The position numbers and the translations under genes were made by a program. A DNA stretch of 64,000 nucleotides from an uncultured SAR86 cluster bacterium. Its GTDB lineage: Bacteria > Pseudomonadota > Gammaproteobacteria > Magnimaribacterales > D2472. The stretch lies in the NCBI GenBank assembly GCA_902558395.1, contig CACEDS010000002.1, positions 98,043 through 162,042 of the forward strand, written 5' to 3'. The notes beneath the pieces are model-generated. The model ran no database searches. It was given only the letters and a program-made list of their open reading frames with translations, and was not told the DNA's origin. The first letter of the stretch is position 1. Each line of letters starts with the position of its first letter. Positions 42,043-52,030 of the stretch are shown piece by piece.

Positions 42043-43818
42043 CTATTTTGAGCTTAAATTTTTTAATAAAATCTGATCTTCTTCTGACATTACATCCTTT
42101 TTCAGGATTATCTGTTGTAGTTCTCTTTTTTCAGCAGATGTTATTTCCTGCATATTATACTTTTCTTTTAATGTTTCCTGCCTATCTTTTTCAGATTTTG
42201 AAATTATATCAATACAATCATTAAGCATTTTTTTTGCATTTTCCTCTGATAGTTTTATCTCAGAAACTAATGCTTCTCCAAATAAATTTTTTATTTTTTC
42301 ATTTTCTATTTGTTCAAAGAGTATTGAAGGTGATGCTGTTGGATTATCTTTATAAAAATTCCTTACATCATGTAAAAATAAAAATCTTGAATCTTTTGCA
42401 ATCAGATTAAAAGATCTTTCAACTGCCAACTTAGGATATTGAATTAAAGCTGTGAAGACTCCTAAAACTGACTTTCTAATGACAGAAGCTGGAACTTTTT
42501 TTACCGGCTCTTCTTGTTTTACATTTTCTGGAACTATATTAACAACACCATTAAGCAATTTTCCAAAATCTAAATCACAAATATGCCCAATCTCACTGAT
42601 ATAAGCCTCTCTTAATGTAGGGTTCACGATTTTATCAACCAGGGGAACTGCAAACTGAGCAACTCTTGACCTGCCTTCAATTGATGAAAGATCGTCTTGT
42701 TTCTTGATGGTATCCAAGAAGTATTCTGAAAAAGTGATGGCTTCATCTGCTTGCTTTAAAAAAGCATCTTTGCCATTATTTTTTATAAAACTATCTGGAT
42801 CATCGCCTGGCTTTAAAAATATAAAGCTCATCCGCACATCCTCTCTAAGCAAAGGTAAGGCATTCTCGACTGCTCTCCACGATGCCTTTTGACCGGCCTC
42901 ATCTCCATCAAACACAACAAAAATATCATTGGTATAACTTAAAATTTTTCGAAGTTGTTCCGGAGTAAAAGCAGTGCCAGAGGAAGCAATAGCATTTTTA
43001 ATTCCGTATTGATGCAATCCAATAACATCCATATAGCCTTCAACTAAAAAAAGAGATTTGGGCCTTTTTTCTATAAGTCTTGCCTCATATAGACCATATA
43101 GCTCATATTTTTTCTTGTATGTTTTTGTTTCAGGTGAGTTTAAATATTTTGCCTGATTGTCTTTATCAGCAATCAACCTACCTCCAAAAGCTATATGCTC
43201 TCCTTTAATATTTCTTATAGGAAACATTAATCTATCCCTGAAACGATCGTACATTTCCCCGTTATCATTAGTACCAAAAAGACCAGAATCTTCTAAATCA
43301 ATTTGGTTATATTGTGGGGACAGGATGCTATGGAGTGATGGATTTTTTTCCATTGAATAGCCTAACTCAAAAAATTTTGCAGTTTCGCCACTTATTCCTC
43401 TGGCTTTTAAATAATCAACTGCATTTTTTCCTTTTGGTCCTTTTAGTTGGTCTTTAAAAATTTCAGTTGCCTTGGCATTTATGCCAATAGCATCTGATAT
43501 ATCTACTGGCTTTTCTTGTTTCGGCACCTCCATTCCGACAGAAGCAGCTAACAATTCAACTGATTCCATAAAATCAATACCATCATATTCTCTTAAAAAG
43601 TTGATAGCATTCCCTGAAGCTTTGCAGGCAAAGCAATGGTAGGAACCCGTTTCTTCATATACTACAAATGATGGTGTTTTCTCATTACCATCTCCATGAA
43701 AAGGACATTTAGCTTTATATCGACCACCAGATCGTTCAAGCTGTACTCTTCTATTTATAATATCAACAATACTTACCGTAGAAAGCAGTCGGTCAATAAA
43801 GCTTGATGGTATAGACAT
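42043..43818 (-). CDS. dnaG: DNA primase
   Basis: A zinc ribbon is present (CPFHGDGNEKTPSFVVYEETGSYHCFACKASGN). A Toprim domain (LFLVEGYMDVIGL...VVFDGDEAGQKA) and a C-terminal helicase-interaction region follow. Confidence 0.95.
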   Translation of the reverse strand: MSIPSSFIDRLLSTVSIVDIINRRVQLERSGGRYKAKCPFHGDGNEKTPSFVVYEETGSYHCFACKASGNAINFLREYDGIDFMESVELLAASVGMEVPKQEKPVDISDAIGINAKATEIFKDQLKGPKGKNAVDYLKARGISGETAKFFELGYSMEKNPSLHSILSPQYNQIDLEDSGLFGTNDNGEMYDRFRDRLMFPIRNIKGEHIAFGGRLIADKDNQAKYLNSPETKTYKKKYELYGLYEARLIEKRPKSLFLVEGYMDVIGLHQYGIKNAIASSGTAFTPEQLRKILSYTNDIFVVFDGDEAGQKASWRAVENALPLLREDVRMSFIFLKPGDDPDSFIKNNGKDAFLKQADEAITFSEYFLDTIKKQDDLSSIEGRSRVAQFAVPLVDKIVNPTLREAYISEIGHICDLDFGKLLNGVVNIVPENVKQEEPVKKVPASVIRKSVLGVFTALIQYPKLAVERSFNLIAKDSRFLFLHDVRNFYKDNPTASPSILFEQIENEKIKNLFGEALVSEIKLSEENAKKMLNDCIDIISKSEKDRQETLKEKYNMQEITSAEKRELQQIILKKDVMSEEDQILLKNLSSK

Positions 43819-43820
43819 AT

Positions 43821-44231
43821 TTAATTTTCACTCAGCCAATTATCAATTAGTATTTTTGCAGCCTGTGCATCTACTAGATCGGTTTTTAATTCTATAAGAT
43901 TTTGCCTTGCTTCAAAACTTGTTAATCTTTCGTCTACGTATTCACACGGGATATTGGTGATTTTTCTTAATTTTTTAAAAAAAATATCAACCTCCTTCAT
44001 CATATCACTATCTGTTCCATCCATATTTAAAGGTTTTCCAACAAGAATAAGTTCAGGCCTCCACTCTTCGACTAAAGACTGAATACTATTCCAGTTTATT
44101 CTGTTATTTTTATTAAAAATTATCTCAAGAGGTGATGAGGTTCTAGTTTTTGTCTGACCCACTGCGACACCAATCTTTTTTACACCAAAATCAAAGGATA
44201 AGATTTGCATTATCTTGGGGTGAAATTCCAA
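43821..44231 (-). CDS. ruvX: YqgF/RuvX-family putative pre-16S rRNA nuclease
   Basis: The 136 aa protein has ILSFDFGVKKIGVAVGQ at its N-terminus and DERLTSFEA near its C-terminus. Confidence 0.85.
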   Translation of the reverse strand: MEFHPKIMQILSFDFGVKKIGVAVGQTKTRTSSPLEIIFNKNNRINWNSIQSLVEEWRPELILVGKPLNMDGTDSDMMKEVDIFFKKLRKITNIPCEYVDERLTSFEARQNLIELKTDLVDAQAAKILIDNWLSEN

Positions 44232-44836
44232 TCTCTAATTATTTCTAGAATGCCGTACTCATTTATCATCTTTGAATCAAATGGCGCAAAGGGAGCTGCC
44301 TTTTCAAGAATGTCTATTGCCATTTTATCGACATAAGTATTTCCCGAAGAGATTAAGATTTCTGATTTTATAAGATTTCCAAAAGAATCTATTGTTGCCA
44401 TTACTTGAACCTTGCTGTTTGTATATTTAATATCATTTGCAGCTATTAGCTCATCGCCAATAGATTCGATTTCCCTTTGCCATAAATTTAAATACATTGC
44501 TTCTTCATTAGTAACAGTAGAGTTTGCTTGTAGTTTTTTTATCTTTTGAGCTTGGTATATTTTTCTTTCTACTTTTTTTGTAAAGGTGCCCTCTTTGGAA
44601 TTATTTAATTCAAAAGTATTGTTTACAGATTCATTTAATTCACCAATAGAATCCTGAGAAGAATTTGCAAATTTAACATTAATAATTGGCGATTCATCTA
44701 TAAGTGGTATTTTATAAAAAGTGGTAAATGTAACTCCAAAAATAAGTACTGTATGAAAAAATATAGACAATAAAAAAGATTTATTGAGTGTTAAAGACCT
44801 TTTACTAATTCTTTGATTTGCTGATATCGAACTCAT
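44210..44836 (-). CDS. TonB C-terminal-domain protein
   Basis: An N-terminal TM anchor is followed by a C-terminal TonB-like fold (VMATIDSFGNLIKSEILISSGNTYVDKMAIDILEKAAPFAPF). It occupies the same position (gshB to ruvX) as the TonB-like gene of Pseudomonas, from memory. Confidence 0.6.
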   Translation of the reverse strand: MSSISANQRISKRSLTLNKSFLLSIFFHTVLIFGVTFTTFYKIPLIDESPIINVKFANSSQDSIGELNESVNNTFELNNSKEGTFTKKVERKIYQAQKIKKLQANSTVTNEEAMYLNLWQREIESIGDELIAANDIKYTNSKVQVMATIDSFGNLIKSEILISSGNTYVDKMAIDILEKAAPFAPFDSKMINEYGILEIIRDWNFTPR

Positions 44837-45759
44837 AGTTTAGAAAAATATTCTTGTATAGGATTCTTACCAGATTGATTATATATTTCTCTAGCGCATG
44901 TAGGGCTTGTTATATTAATTTCAGTTAAATAGTCACCAATCATATCTATGCCAGCAAAATTGATTCCTTTGGAGACAAGAAATTTTCCAACAATCTCTGC
45001 TACATTTTTTTGTCTTTCATTGATATCCTTCACAACACCCTTACCACCAGCTGCTAAATTGCCTTTAAAGCTCTCACCCTGGGGTATTCTTGCTAAAGTC
45101 TTTTCAAAAGGTTTTCCATGAATAATTAGGATTCTAAAATCTCCTTGATAAATTTCAGGTATGAATTCTTGTACTACAATCTGAGTAGTTTCATCTTCTG
45201 TCATATCTAATAAAATATCTAAGTTTTCTTCTTCCATATCTTCTATCTTAAAAATAGATTCGCCGCCCATACCATCCAAAGGCTTAACAATAATAGTTTC
45301 ATGATTAGCTTGAAAATTAATTACTTTTTCAAGATTTGATGTAACTAATGTTCTAGGAATAAAGTCTTCGAAATGAAGTGCAAATACTTTTTCATTGAAT
45401 TCTTTTATAGAGTTTGGCTTATTAAATATGTTGGCTCCTTGAGTCTCTGCAAGACCTAATAAGTGAAGAGCATTTACGTAATCAATATCAACTGGAGGAT
45501 CTTTTCTCATAAAAGTATACAGAAATTCTGAAACCTGAATTCGTTCTTTTCTGATTCCTTCAACCTGGCTTGTTCCAATCTCAATTATGTTACGAGCATC
45601 AACATAAACATAACCCTCATCAACATAAAGGTGCTTCATTTCTGCTTGATAAACTTTATATCCAAGAGAGATAGCCTCTTCCATCATAAAGATAGATGTA
45701 TCTTTACTAGGCTTTAGTTCTTTCATCGGGTCTGTGATGAAGAGTACTTTTTTAGTCAT
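44833..45759 (-). CDS. gshB: glutathione synthetase
   Basis: The 308 aa protein has an ATP-grasp fold. It contains IIVKPLDGMGGESIF, GDFRILIIHGKP and LTEINITSPTC. Confidence 0.9.
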   Translation of the reverse strand: MTKKVLFITDPMKELKPSKDTSIFMMEEAISLGYKVYQAEMKHLYVDEGYVYVDARNIIEIGTSQVEGIRKERIQVSEFLYTFMRKDPPVDIDYVNALHLLGLAETQGANIFNKPNSIKEFNEKVFALHFEDFIPRTLVTSNLEKVINFQANHETIIVKPLDGMGGESIFKIEDMEEENLDILLDMTEDETTQIVVQEFIPEIYQGDFRILIIHGKPFEKTLARIPQGESFKGNLAAGGKGVVKDINERQKNVAEIVGKFLVSKGINFAGIDMIGDYLTEINITSPTCAREIYNQSGKNPIQEYFSKL

Positions 45760-45761
45760 TA

Positions 45762-46490
45762 TTAAATCTTATCAAAATGGTTTTGAAATAATGATGCTAT
45801 CACAAGAGGCGCTGTTTCTGCTCTTAGAATATTTTTTGATAGCAGTTTAAAGCTAAAATCTTTTTCATACATGTGATTGATCTCAGATTCTGAGAATCCA
45901 GACTCTGCTCCAGTTATTACAAAAATATTATTTGATTCAACCAAACTAACATCAAAATTATCATTTGCCTCCACATCAAATACATATGTTGTACTTTGAT
46001 CAAGTTTTTTTGTGGCATCGCTAAGTGAAGATACAAAACTTGTAATTGGTAAAAAATTTGTACCGCATTGTTTGCACGCTGAAATAATAACTTCTTCAGA
46101 TTTGCTATAAATCTTTGATAAATCTTTTTTTGCAATACTTTGATCAATTAAATCAGGTTTATAAAAAATAAATTCTGTAGCTCCAATTTCGCATAGCTTC
46201 TGAATCATAAAATGAAAATTTTCTTTCTTAATAAATGGCAGTATGAAACCAAGTCTATTAGTTGCAGGTTTGTCTGTTTTTATGTCAGAAACCCTTTGAA
46301 GAGAAGCTGAAGATCTATTTGATTCTAATATCTTACAAATTGCTGAAGAGCCATGACCGTCAAATACTTCAACTTCGTCATTAATAGCCAGTCTGAGCAC
46401 TTTTGTTAAGTGCAATGATTGAGCTTGATCTATTTTAAAGACACTATTTGTTTCTGATACTGATTTACAATATATTCTATGGATTCTCAC
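45762..46490 (-). CDS. rsmE: 16S rRNA (uracil1498-N3)-methyltransferase
   Basis: The N-terminus is MRIHRIY...HLTKVLRLAINDEVEVFDG. The C-terminus has a SPOUT knot (ITGAESGFSESE...LSKNILRAETAPL). Confidence 0.85.
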   Translation of the reverse strand: MRIHRIYCKSVSETNSVFKIDQAQSLHLTKVLRLAINDEVEVFDGHGSSAICKILESNRSSASLQRVSDIKTDKPATNRLGFILPFIKKENFHFMIQKLCEIGATEFIFYKPDLIDQSIAKKDLSKIYSKSEEVIISACKQCGTNFLPITSFVSSLSDATKKLDQSTTYVFDVEANDNFDVSLVESNNIFVITGAESGFSESEINHMYEKDFSFKLLSKNILRAETAPLVIASLFQNHFDKI

Positions 46491-46520
46491 AATATCATTA
46501 TAGCTATAGGTTGAATATAA

Positions 46521-47084
46521 ATGTCAGAGATAAATCTTTTATTAGTCCGGCATGGAGAAGCTGCAGAAAGCTGGGGCAAGCATCCAGATCCTGGTTTAAG
46601 CGAATTAGGAATAAAACAATCAGCCTCATTGGTTAATAATAGAATGCTTAAGTTGCTAGATTCTTATAGTTTTGTTTCAAGTCCAAAATTAAGAGCAACA
46701 ATGACAGCTGAACCATTGATTAAGAAATTTAATAAGGAGTTGATAATACATGATGCATACTCCGAGATACCATCAGATGATATTGATAATTCTCAAAAAA
46801 AAGCTTGGCTTACAGATGTGATGAATACCGACATCAGAGATTTACCTGATTTTGTAGTGAATTGGAGAAATAACATTATCAAGCATTCACTTGGCGTTTC
46901 GCAAAATACAATTATATTTACCCATTTCATGGTTATTAATGTCCTAGTAAGTTCGCTTCTTCAAAAGAGTGCGCTCATGTATTTCTACCCTAATTACGTA
47001 TCCGTAACTAAAATTACTTTTGAAAATAAAGAGGTTAAAAGCATCTCTCTAGGTGATGAGAAAAAAACTATAATAAATCTTTAA
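46521..47084 (+). CDS. histidine phosphatase family protein
   Basis: The catalytic motif LLVRHGEA is at the N-terminus and a later FTHFMVIN segment supplies the second His. The protein is 187 aa. Confidence 0.7.
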   Translation: MSEINLLLVRHGEAAESWGKHPDPGLSELGIKQSASLVNNRMLKLLDSYSFVSSPKLRATMTAEPLIKKFNKELIIHDAYSEIPSDDIDNSQKKAWLTDVMNTDIRDLPDFVVNWRNNIIKHSLGVSQNTIIFTHFMVINVLVSSLLQKSALMYFYPNYVSVTKITFENKEVKSISLGDEKKTIINL

Positions 47085-47153
47085 AAATCTATTGAGCAAT
47101 TTTTAAACAACTGTAAACTGATATTTCTTCTTATTAATTTAAAAAAAATTCAT

Positions 47154-47420
47154 TTGGGAAATAAAAAGAAATCATTTGATAGCTATTCTAAAAAACCACT
47201 GAAGGATGAGGTTAGAAAAGCTATGAAAAGATATTTTGCACAACTAGATCAAAAAAATATGCCCATCGATGTTTATCAACTGGTACTTAATGAAGTTGAG
47301 CCCCCACTTTTAGATGCGGTGATGAAATTTGCTAATAATAATCAGTCCAAAGCTGCAAGAATTCTTGGAATGAATAGAACAACCCTAAGAACAAAATTAA
47401 AAAAATACAATATTAAATAA
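47154..47420 (+). CDS. fis: DNA-binding protein Fis
   Basis: The sequence KPLKDEVRKAMKRYFAQL...VYQLVLNEVEPPLLDAVMKFANNNQSKAARILGMNRTTLRTKLKKYNIK is collinear with E. coli Fis. The start is a TTG. Confidence 0.9.
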   Translation: MGNKKKSFDSYSKKPLKDEVRKAMKRYFAQLDQKNMPIDVYQLVLNEVEPPLLDAVMKFANNNQSKAARILGMNRTTLRTKLKKYNIK

Positions 47421-48961
47421 TGCATTCAATAAAGCCAAAAACAGCTCTTATAAGTCTCTCAGATAAATCCGGTCTAGAAGAATTAGTTAAATTTCTAGTT
47501 TCGAAAGAAGTAAAAATGCTTTCTACAGGCGGGACCTTTAAAGCAATAAAAGAAATTACATCTGAAGTTGTTGAGGTTTCTGACTTTACTGGATTTGAAG
47601 AGATGATGGATGGAAGAGTTAAAACTTTGCATCCAAAAATTCATGCAGGGATTCTTGCAAGACGCGATCAAGACATGGAAATACTTCAACAAAGAGGTTA
47701 CGAGACAATTGATTTAGTAGTAGTCAATCTTTACCCATTTAAAGAAACAATTGCCCAAGATTGTTCTTTTGATGAGGCAATTGAAAAAATAGATATTGGC
47801 GGTCCAACCATGATTAGATCAGCTGCAAAAAATTTTAAAGACGTTGCTGTTGTATCAAACCCCTCTGATTATTCAAGGCTAATTGAAGAATGGGAAAATG
47901 GTGATGGCATTTCATATGACTTTAGAAAAGAATTATCTCAAAAAGTATTTGAGACAATGGCAGACTACAATCTTTCTATTTCAAATTATCTAAAAGAAGA
48001 ATCTGATAACTCAATACCGAATTACAGTTTTGAGAAAAGTTCATCTTTAAGATATGGCGAAAATCCTCATCAAACAGCAAATCTATTTACCTTCTCTAAA
48101 CTTGAACATAAAAATATTGCCAATGCAGATATTTTGCAGGGCAAAGAATTATCCTATAACAATATAGTAGACGCTGATGCAGCATGGGAGTGTGTGAGAG
48201 CGTTTGATGATCCTGCATGCGTAATTGTTAAACATGCAAATCCTTGCGGAGTTGCAGAATCAGATGATATCTATGGTGCCTATGATTTAGCATTTAAAAC
48301 TGATCCCACATCAGCATTTGGTGGAATAATTGCTTTAAATAGAACGTTAGATACAAAAACAGCTAAAGAAATAAACTCAAGGCAATTTGTTGAAGTTATT
48401 TTGGCAACTGACTATGAAGAAGGTGCATTGGCTGAATTTGCTAAAAAGAAAAATGTTAGAGTTCTTAAAGTTGATCTTGAGCAAGACAATCCCTATCCCG
48501 GAATGATTAAAAAAGTATCTGGAGGAATTTTAATTCAGTCAGATGATAATTATGTCGTGCCAAAAGAAACCTTGAAATGCGTAACAAAAAGAGAGCCATC
48601 ACCAGAAGAATTAAATGATTTAATGTTTGCTTGGAGAGTTGCTAAGTTTGTTAAAAGTAATGCCATAGTTTATGTAAAAAATCGACAGACAATAGGTATT
48701 GGTGCTGGCCAAATGAGCAGAGTTATTAGTGCTGATATTGCAAACTTAAAAGCAAAAGAAGAAGGGTTAGAGGTTAAAGGTGCTTCTATGGCTTCTGATG
48801 CATTTTTTCCTTTTAGAGATGGCATAGATAAAGCTGCTTCAAGTGGAATCTCTTCAATTATTCAACCAGGTGGATCTATAAGAGATGATGAAGTGATTGC
48901 AGCTGCGAATGAAAACGACATCGCGATGGTATTCACAAGCACAAGACACTTTAGGCACTAA
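47420..48961 (+). CDS. purH: bifunctional AICAR transformylase / IMP cyclohydrolase
   Basis: The motifs ALISLSDKSG, GRVKTLHPKIHAGILARRD, DIGGPTMIRSAAKN and a C-terminal RHFRH are present. The start overlaps the fis stop (TAATG). Confidence 0.97.
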   Translation: MHSIKPKTALISLSDKSGLEELVKFLVSKEVKMLSTGGTFKAIKEITSEVVEVSDFTGFEEMMDGRVKTLHPKIHAGILARRDQDMEILQQRGYETIDLVVVNLYPFKETIAQDCSFDEAIEKIDIGGPTMIRSAAKNFKDVAVVSNPSDYSRLIEEWENGDGISYDFRKELSQKVFETMADYNLSISNYLKEESDNSIPNYSFEKSSSLRYGENPHQTANLFTFSKLEHKNIANADILQGKELSYNNIVDADAAWECVRAFDDPACVIVKHANPCGVAESDDIYGAYDLAFKTDPTSAFGGIIALNRTLDTKTAKEINSRQFVEVILATDYEEGALAEFAKKKNVRVLKVDLEQDNPYPGMIKKVSGGILIQSDDNYVVPKETLKCVTKREPSPEELNDLMFAWRVAKFVKSNAIVYVKNRQTIGIGAGQMSRVISADIANLKAKEEGLEVKGASMASDAFFPFRDGIDKAASSGISSIIQPGGSIRDDEVIAAANENDIAMVFTSTRHFRH

Positions 48962-50229
48962 TGAAAGTTTTAGTCATTGGCTCAGGTGGGAGAGAACATG
49001 CTCTAGCATGGAAGTCCTCACAAGATGATGTGGTGACTAAAGTTTTTGTTTGTCCGGGTAATGCTGGGACAGCGTTAGAAGAAAAGTTAGAAAATATTTC
49101 GCTAGATTTAAATAACTTTGAGCAAATAGCAGATTTTTGCAAGAACGAAAACATTGCTCTTGTAATTATTGGTCCTGAACAGCCTCTTGTTATGGGCATG
49201 ACTGATTTTCTTCAAGCTAAAGATATTAATACTTTTGGTCCCTCTGAAGCTGCTGCTCAACTTGAAGGCTCAAAAACATTCTCAAAAGATTTCTTTATTA
49301 AATATGGGATACCTACTGCGGGCTATGCAGCTTTTGATTCATATGATGCAGCACTTACTCATCTTAATGAGATCGAATATCCAACCGTGGTTAAGGCTGA
49401 TGGTTTGGCTGCAGGTAAAGGTGTAATTATTTGTAATTCAAAAGAAGAAGCTGTGAATGCGCTCGATAGTATATTCAAAGATCAAGCATTTGGTGAAGCT
49501 GGCAGTAGTGTTGTTATCGAAGATTTTTTAGAGGGAGAAGAGGCTAGCTTCATAGCTGTGGTAAGCAAGGATAAAATTATTCCTCTGGCCACAAGTCAAG
49601 ATCATAAAGCTGTAGGTGAAGGTGATATTGGACTTAATACAGGCGGCATGGGCGCATACTCACCTGCTCCAATAGTGGATGAAAACATTCACCAAAAAAT
49701 TATTGATGAGGTTATGACCCCAACAATGCATGGTCTTATTTCTGAAGGATCACCCTACTTAGGATTTCTATATGCAGGTTTGATGATTAAAGATGGTGAA
49801 ATAAAAGTTTTAGAATTTAACTGCAGATTTGGGGATCCTGAAACTCAACCAATTTTATTAAGACTAAAATCAAGCTTAGTAGAACTTTGTCTAGCTGCTA
49901 TAAATGATGAACTTGAATCTCATGAAATTGAATGGACTGAAAAACATTCTTGTGGAGTGGTAATTGCATCACAAGGTTATCCTGAAAATTATGAGTCTAA
50001 TAAATTAGTATCACTTCCTAATAATACTGAAAGTGAAACAAAACTATTTCATGCTGGAACTAAGCTTTCTAATAATGAGGTTTTAACATCTGGTGGAAGA
50101 GTTTTTTGTGCAACAGCTCTGGGTGATAACTTGAAGGAAGCGCAAGCGAAAGCATATAATCTCGTTGACCAAGTATCCTTTGAGGGTGCTTTTTTTAGAA
50201 AAGATATTGGTTTTAAAGGAATTAAATGA
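48961..50229 (+). CDS. purD: phosphoribosylamine--glycine ligase
   Basis: The motifs MKVLVIGSGGREHALAWK, VVKADGLAAGKGV, EFNCRFGDPETQ and SGGRV are present. Confidence 0.97.
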   Translation: MKVLVIGSGGREHALAWKSSQDDVVTKVFVCPGNAGTALEEKLENISLDLNNFEQIADFCKNENIALVIIGPEQPLVMGMTDFLQAKDINTFGPSEAAAQLEGSKTFSKDFFIKYGIPTAGYAAFDSYDAALTHLNEIEYPTVVKADGLAAGKGVIICNSKEEAVNALDSIFKDQAFGEAGSSVVIEDFLEGEEASFIAVVSKDKIIPLATSQDHKAVGEGDIGLNTGGMGAYSPAPIVDENIHQKIIDEVMTPTMHGLISEGSPYLGFLYAGLMIKDGEIKVLEFNCRFGDPETQPILLRLKSSLVELCLAAINDELESHEIEWTEKHSCGVVIASQGYPENYESNKLVSLPNNTESETKLFHAGTKLSNNEVLTSGGRVFCATALGDNLKEAQAKAYNLVDQVSFEGAFFRKDIGFKGIK

Positions 50230-50861
50230 GCTTAGTTAATAACATTGTTAATGAATTTGATATAGCATTAAAAACACTGTCGAATAAAAAATCAGGCACC
50301 GGAAGATCTTATCCTGCAGATTCGATTCAAGATAATACCGAGAGCCTCTCCCAAAAAGAAAAAGATTTATCGATACAAATGATGAGAGTGAACCTTGCTG
50401 GAGAGGTAGCTGCACAAGCTTTATACAGAGGACAAGCACTTGTTTGTAAAGATCAAAAGATAAAAGAGCATTTGATTGAGGCTGGAGAGGAAGAAACGGA
50501 TCATCTGGTGTGGTGTAAAAAAAGATTGGATGAACTTGATGGCAAAGAATCAATACTTAACCCATTATGGTATGCAGGTTCTTTTGCAATAGGTGCAATT
50601 TTTGGAAGATATGGAGAAAAGATAAGCCTGGGTTTTGTTGAAGAAACCGAAAAACAAGTAGTGGTACATTTAGATAAACATCTCAACAAAATATCTTCAA
50701 AAGACAAAGAAACAATTGAAATTCTTCAAACCATGAGAGCTGATGAAGATGCTCACGCCCAACAAGCTGTTGAGAATGGTGGAGAAGAATTAGAGATACC
50801 GACAAAAAAGATTATGAAATATACCGCCAAGGTAATGACATCAACAAGCGCGCATATCTAA
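50226..50861 (+). CDS. coq7: demethoxyubiquinone hydroxylase (Coq7 family diiron enzyme)
   Basis: The motifs MRVNLAGEVAAQALYRGQ, EEETDHL and RADEDAHAQ form the Coq7 diiron ligand pattern. An ATGA overlap links it to purD. Confidence 0.88.
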   Translation: MSLVNNIVNEFDIALKTLSNKKSGTGRSYPADSIQDNTESLSQKEKDLSIQMMRVNLAGEVAAQALYRGQALVCKDQKIKEHLIEAGEEETDHLVWCKKRLDELDGKESILNPLWYAGSFAIGAIFGRYGEKISLGFVEETEKQVVVHLDKHLNKISSKDKETIEILQTMRADEDAHAQQAVENGGEELEIPTKKIMKYTAKVMTSTSAHI

Positions 50862-52030
50862 ACCTGTTTCATTTGTTGCCATTTAATAGGCACACCCTCA
50901 AGCTTATATCTATTGGATTCTTCTCTTAACTTATCAAACTCAGTTTTCGATGAATAAACGGTAACAATTAGAGCATTTTGCTTATTTGCTGTAATTCTTA
51001 GCACCCTCCCCATTCTTTGGATTCTTTGTCTTTTAGATGATGAAGCGCTAAGTATCATTGCTCCGTCTGCTTCTGGCATATCAAACCCCTCATCAAGAGC
51101 CGTGCAGCTAACCAGAACATTTAAATTACCATTTTTAAAATTATTTAAATTTTCTTCCCTCTCTGCGTTATCCAAGTCAGTATTATAAATCGCTGATTTA
51201 TATCCTTTGGTATTAATAATTTTATTGAACTCTTTTGCTTGTTTTTTATTCTCAGTAAACACAATCCAACTATCTCTCTTATGTTTTTGTAGTAACTCAA
51301 TTCCAAAGGGAATTCTATTTTTAGAATTTTTTACCATTCTGGCTCTATTAAAAATTAACATTTTTAATGGGTAGTCATTCATATCATTTCCACCTATGGT
51401 GGCTGCTCTTCTTTGAATACTTTTTGTGAACTTCTTATATTTTTCCTCTTCATCAGGAGTCATAGCTGCATAGGCATATAAAAGTTTGAAGTTAACTATT
51501 ACCTCATCTTCTCTTGCATCTATATAGTCATAATCAAAGATAATGTCTCCAAGTATTTTTCTAATAATGATATAAAAATTATCGTCATAATCTCTTTCAG
51601 GTGTTGCCGAAAGGCCTAAAGTTGCGTGCCAATTATTGGTTAGAATTTCTCCTCGTTTTTCAGTACCGATTTTGTGACACTCATCAACAATAAGAAGAGT
51701 TTTTGATGCATCAAATTGTTCAATAATATTTTTTACAGAATCAATGGTGGATATATTTATTCTTGAGAGATGTTCTAAATGTTCTCCGCCTCCGTTTAAA
51801 GCAATGTTTTTTTCATTAAAATCTTTTTGTAATCCTTCATACCATTGATCTAGTAAAGCTATGGATGGAACGACAATAAAAATTGAATGGTCTTTGTTTT
51901 CTTCTAGATACTTAGCTAGGCAATGAATGGCAAAAACTGTTTTACCACCTCCTGTAACTACTTTAACAATACCTCTTTTTTTTGCCCACCATAAGGGAAA
52001 TGCTTTTGCTTGCCACTCTCTTAGCTTCAA
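50858..52030 (-). CDS. compact superfamily-2 (XPB/Ssl2-like, COG1061-type) DEAD/DEAH-box helicase
   Basis: Motif I is VVTGGGKTVFA, motif II is LLIVDECH, motif III is LSATPER and motif VI is QRIQRMGRVLR. The TTG start overlaps the trpC stop (TTGA). Confidence 0.8.
   Translation of the reverse strand: MKLREWQAKAFPLWWAKKRGIVKVVTGGGKTVFAIHCLAKYLEENKDHSIFIVVPSIALLDQWYEGLQKDFNEKNIALNGGGEHLEHLSRINISTIDSVKNIIEQFDASKTLLIVDECHKIGTEKRGEILTNNWHATLGLSATPERDYDDNFYIIIRKILGDIIFDYDYIDAREDEVIVNFKLLYAYAAMTPDEEEKYKKFTKSIQRRAATIGGNDMNDYPLKMLIFNRARMVKNSKNRIPFGIELLQKHKRDSWIVFTENKKQAKEFNKIINTKGYKSAIYNTDLDNAEREENLNNFKNGNLNVLVSCTALDEGFDMPEADGAMILSASSSKRQRIQRMGRVLRITANKQNALIVTVYSSKTEFDKLREESNRYKLEGVPIKWQQMKQV

Noticed and set aside
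50858-52030. Calling the SF2 helicase a restriction-modification or anti-phage defence system
   Set aside because: No methyltransferase, nuclease, specificity subunit or other defence gene is adjacent. It is flanked by trpC and coq7. It is kept only as an oddity.
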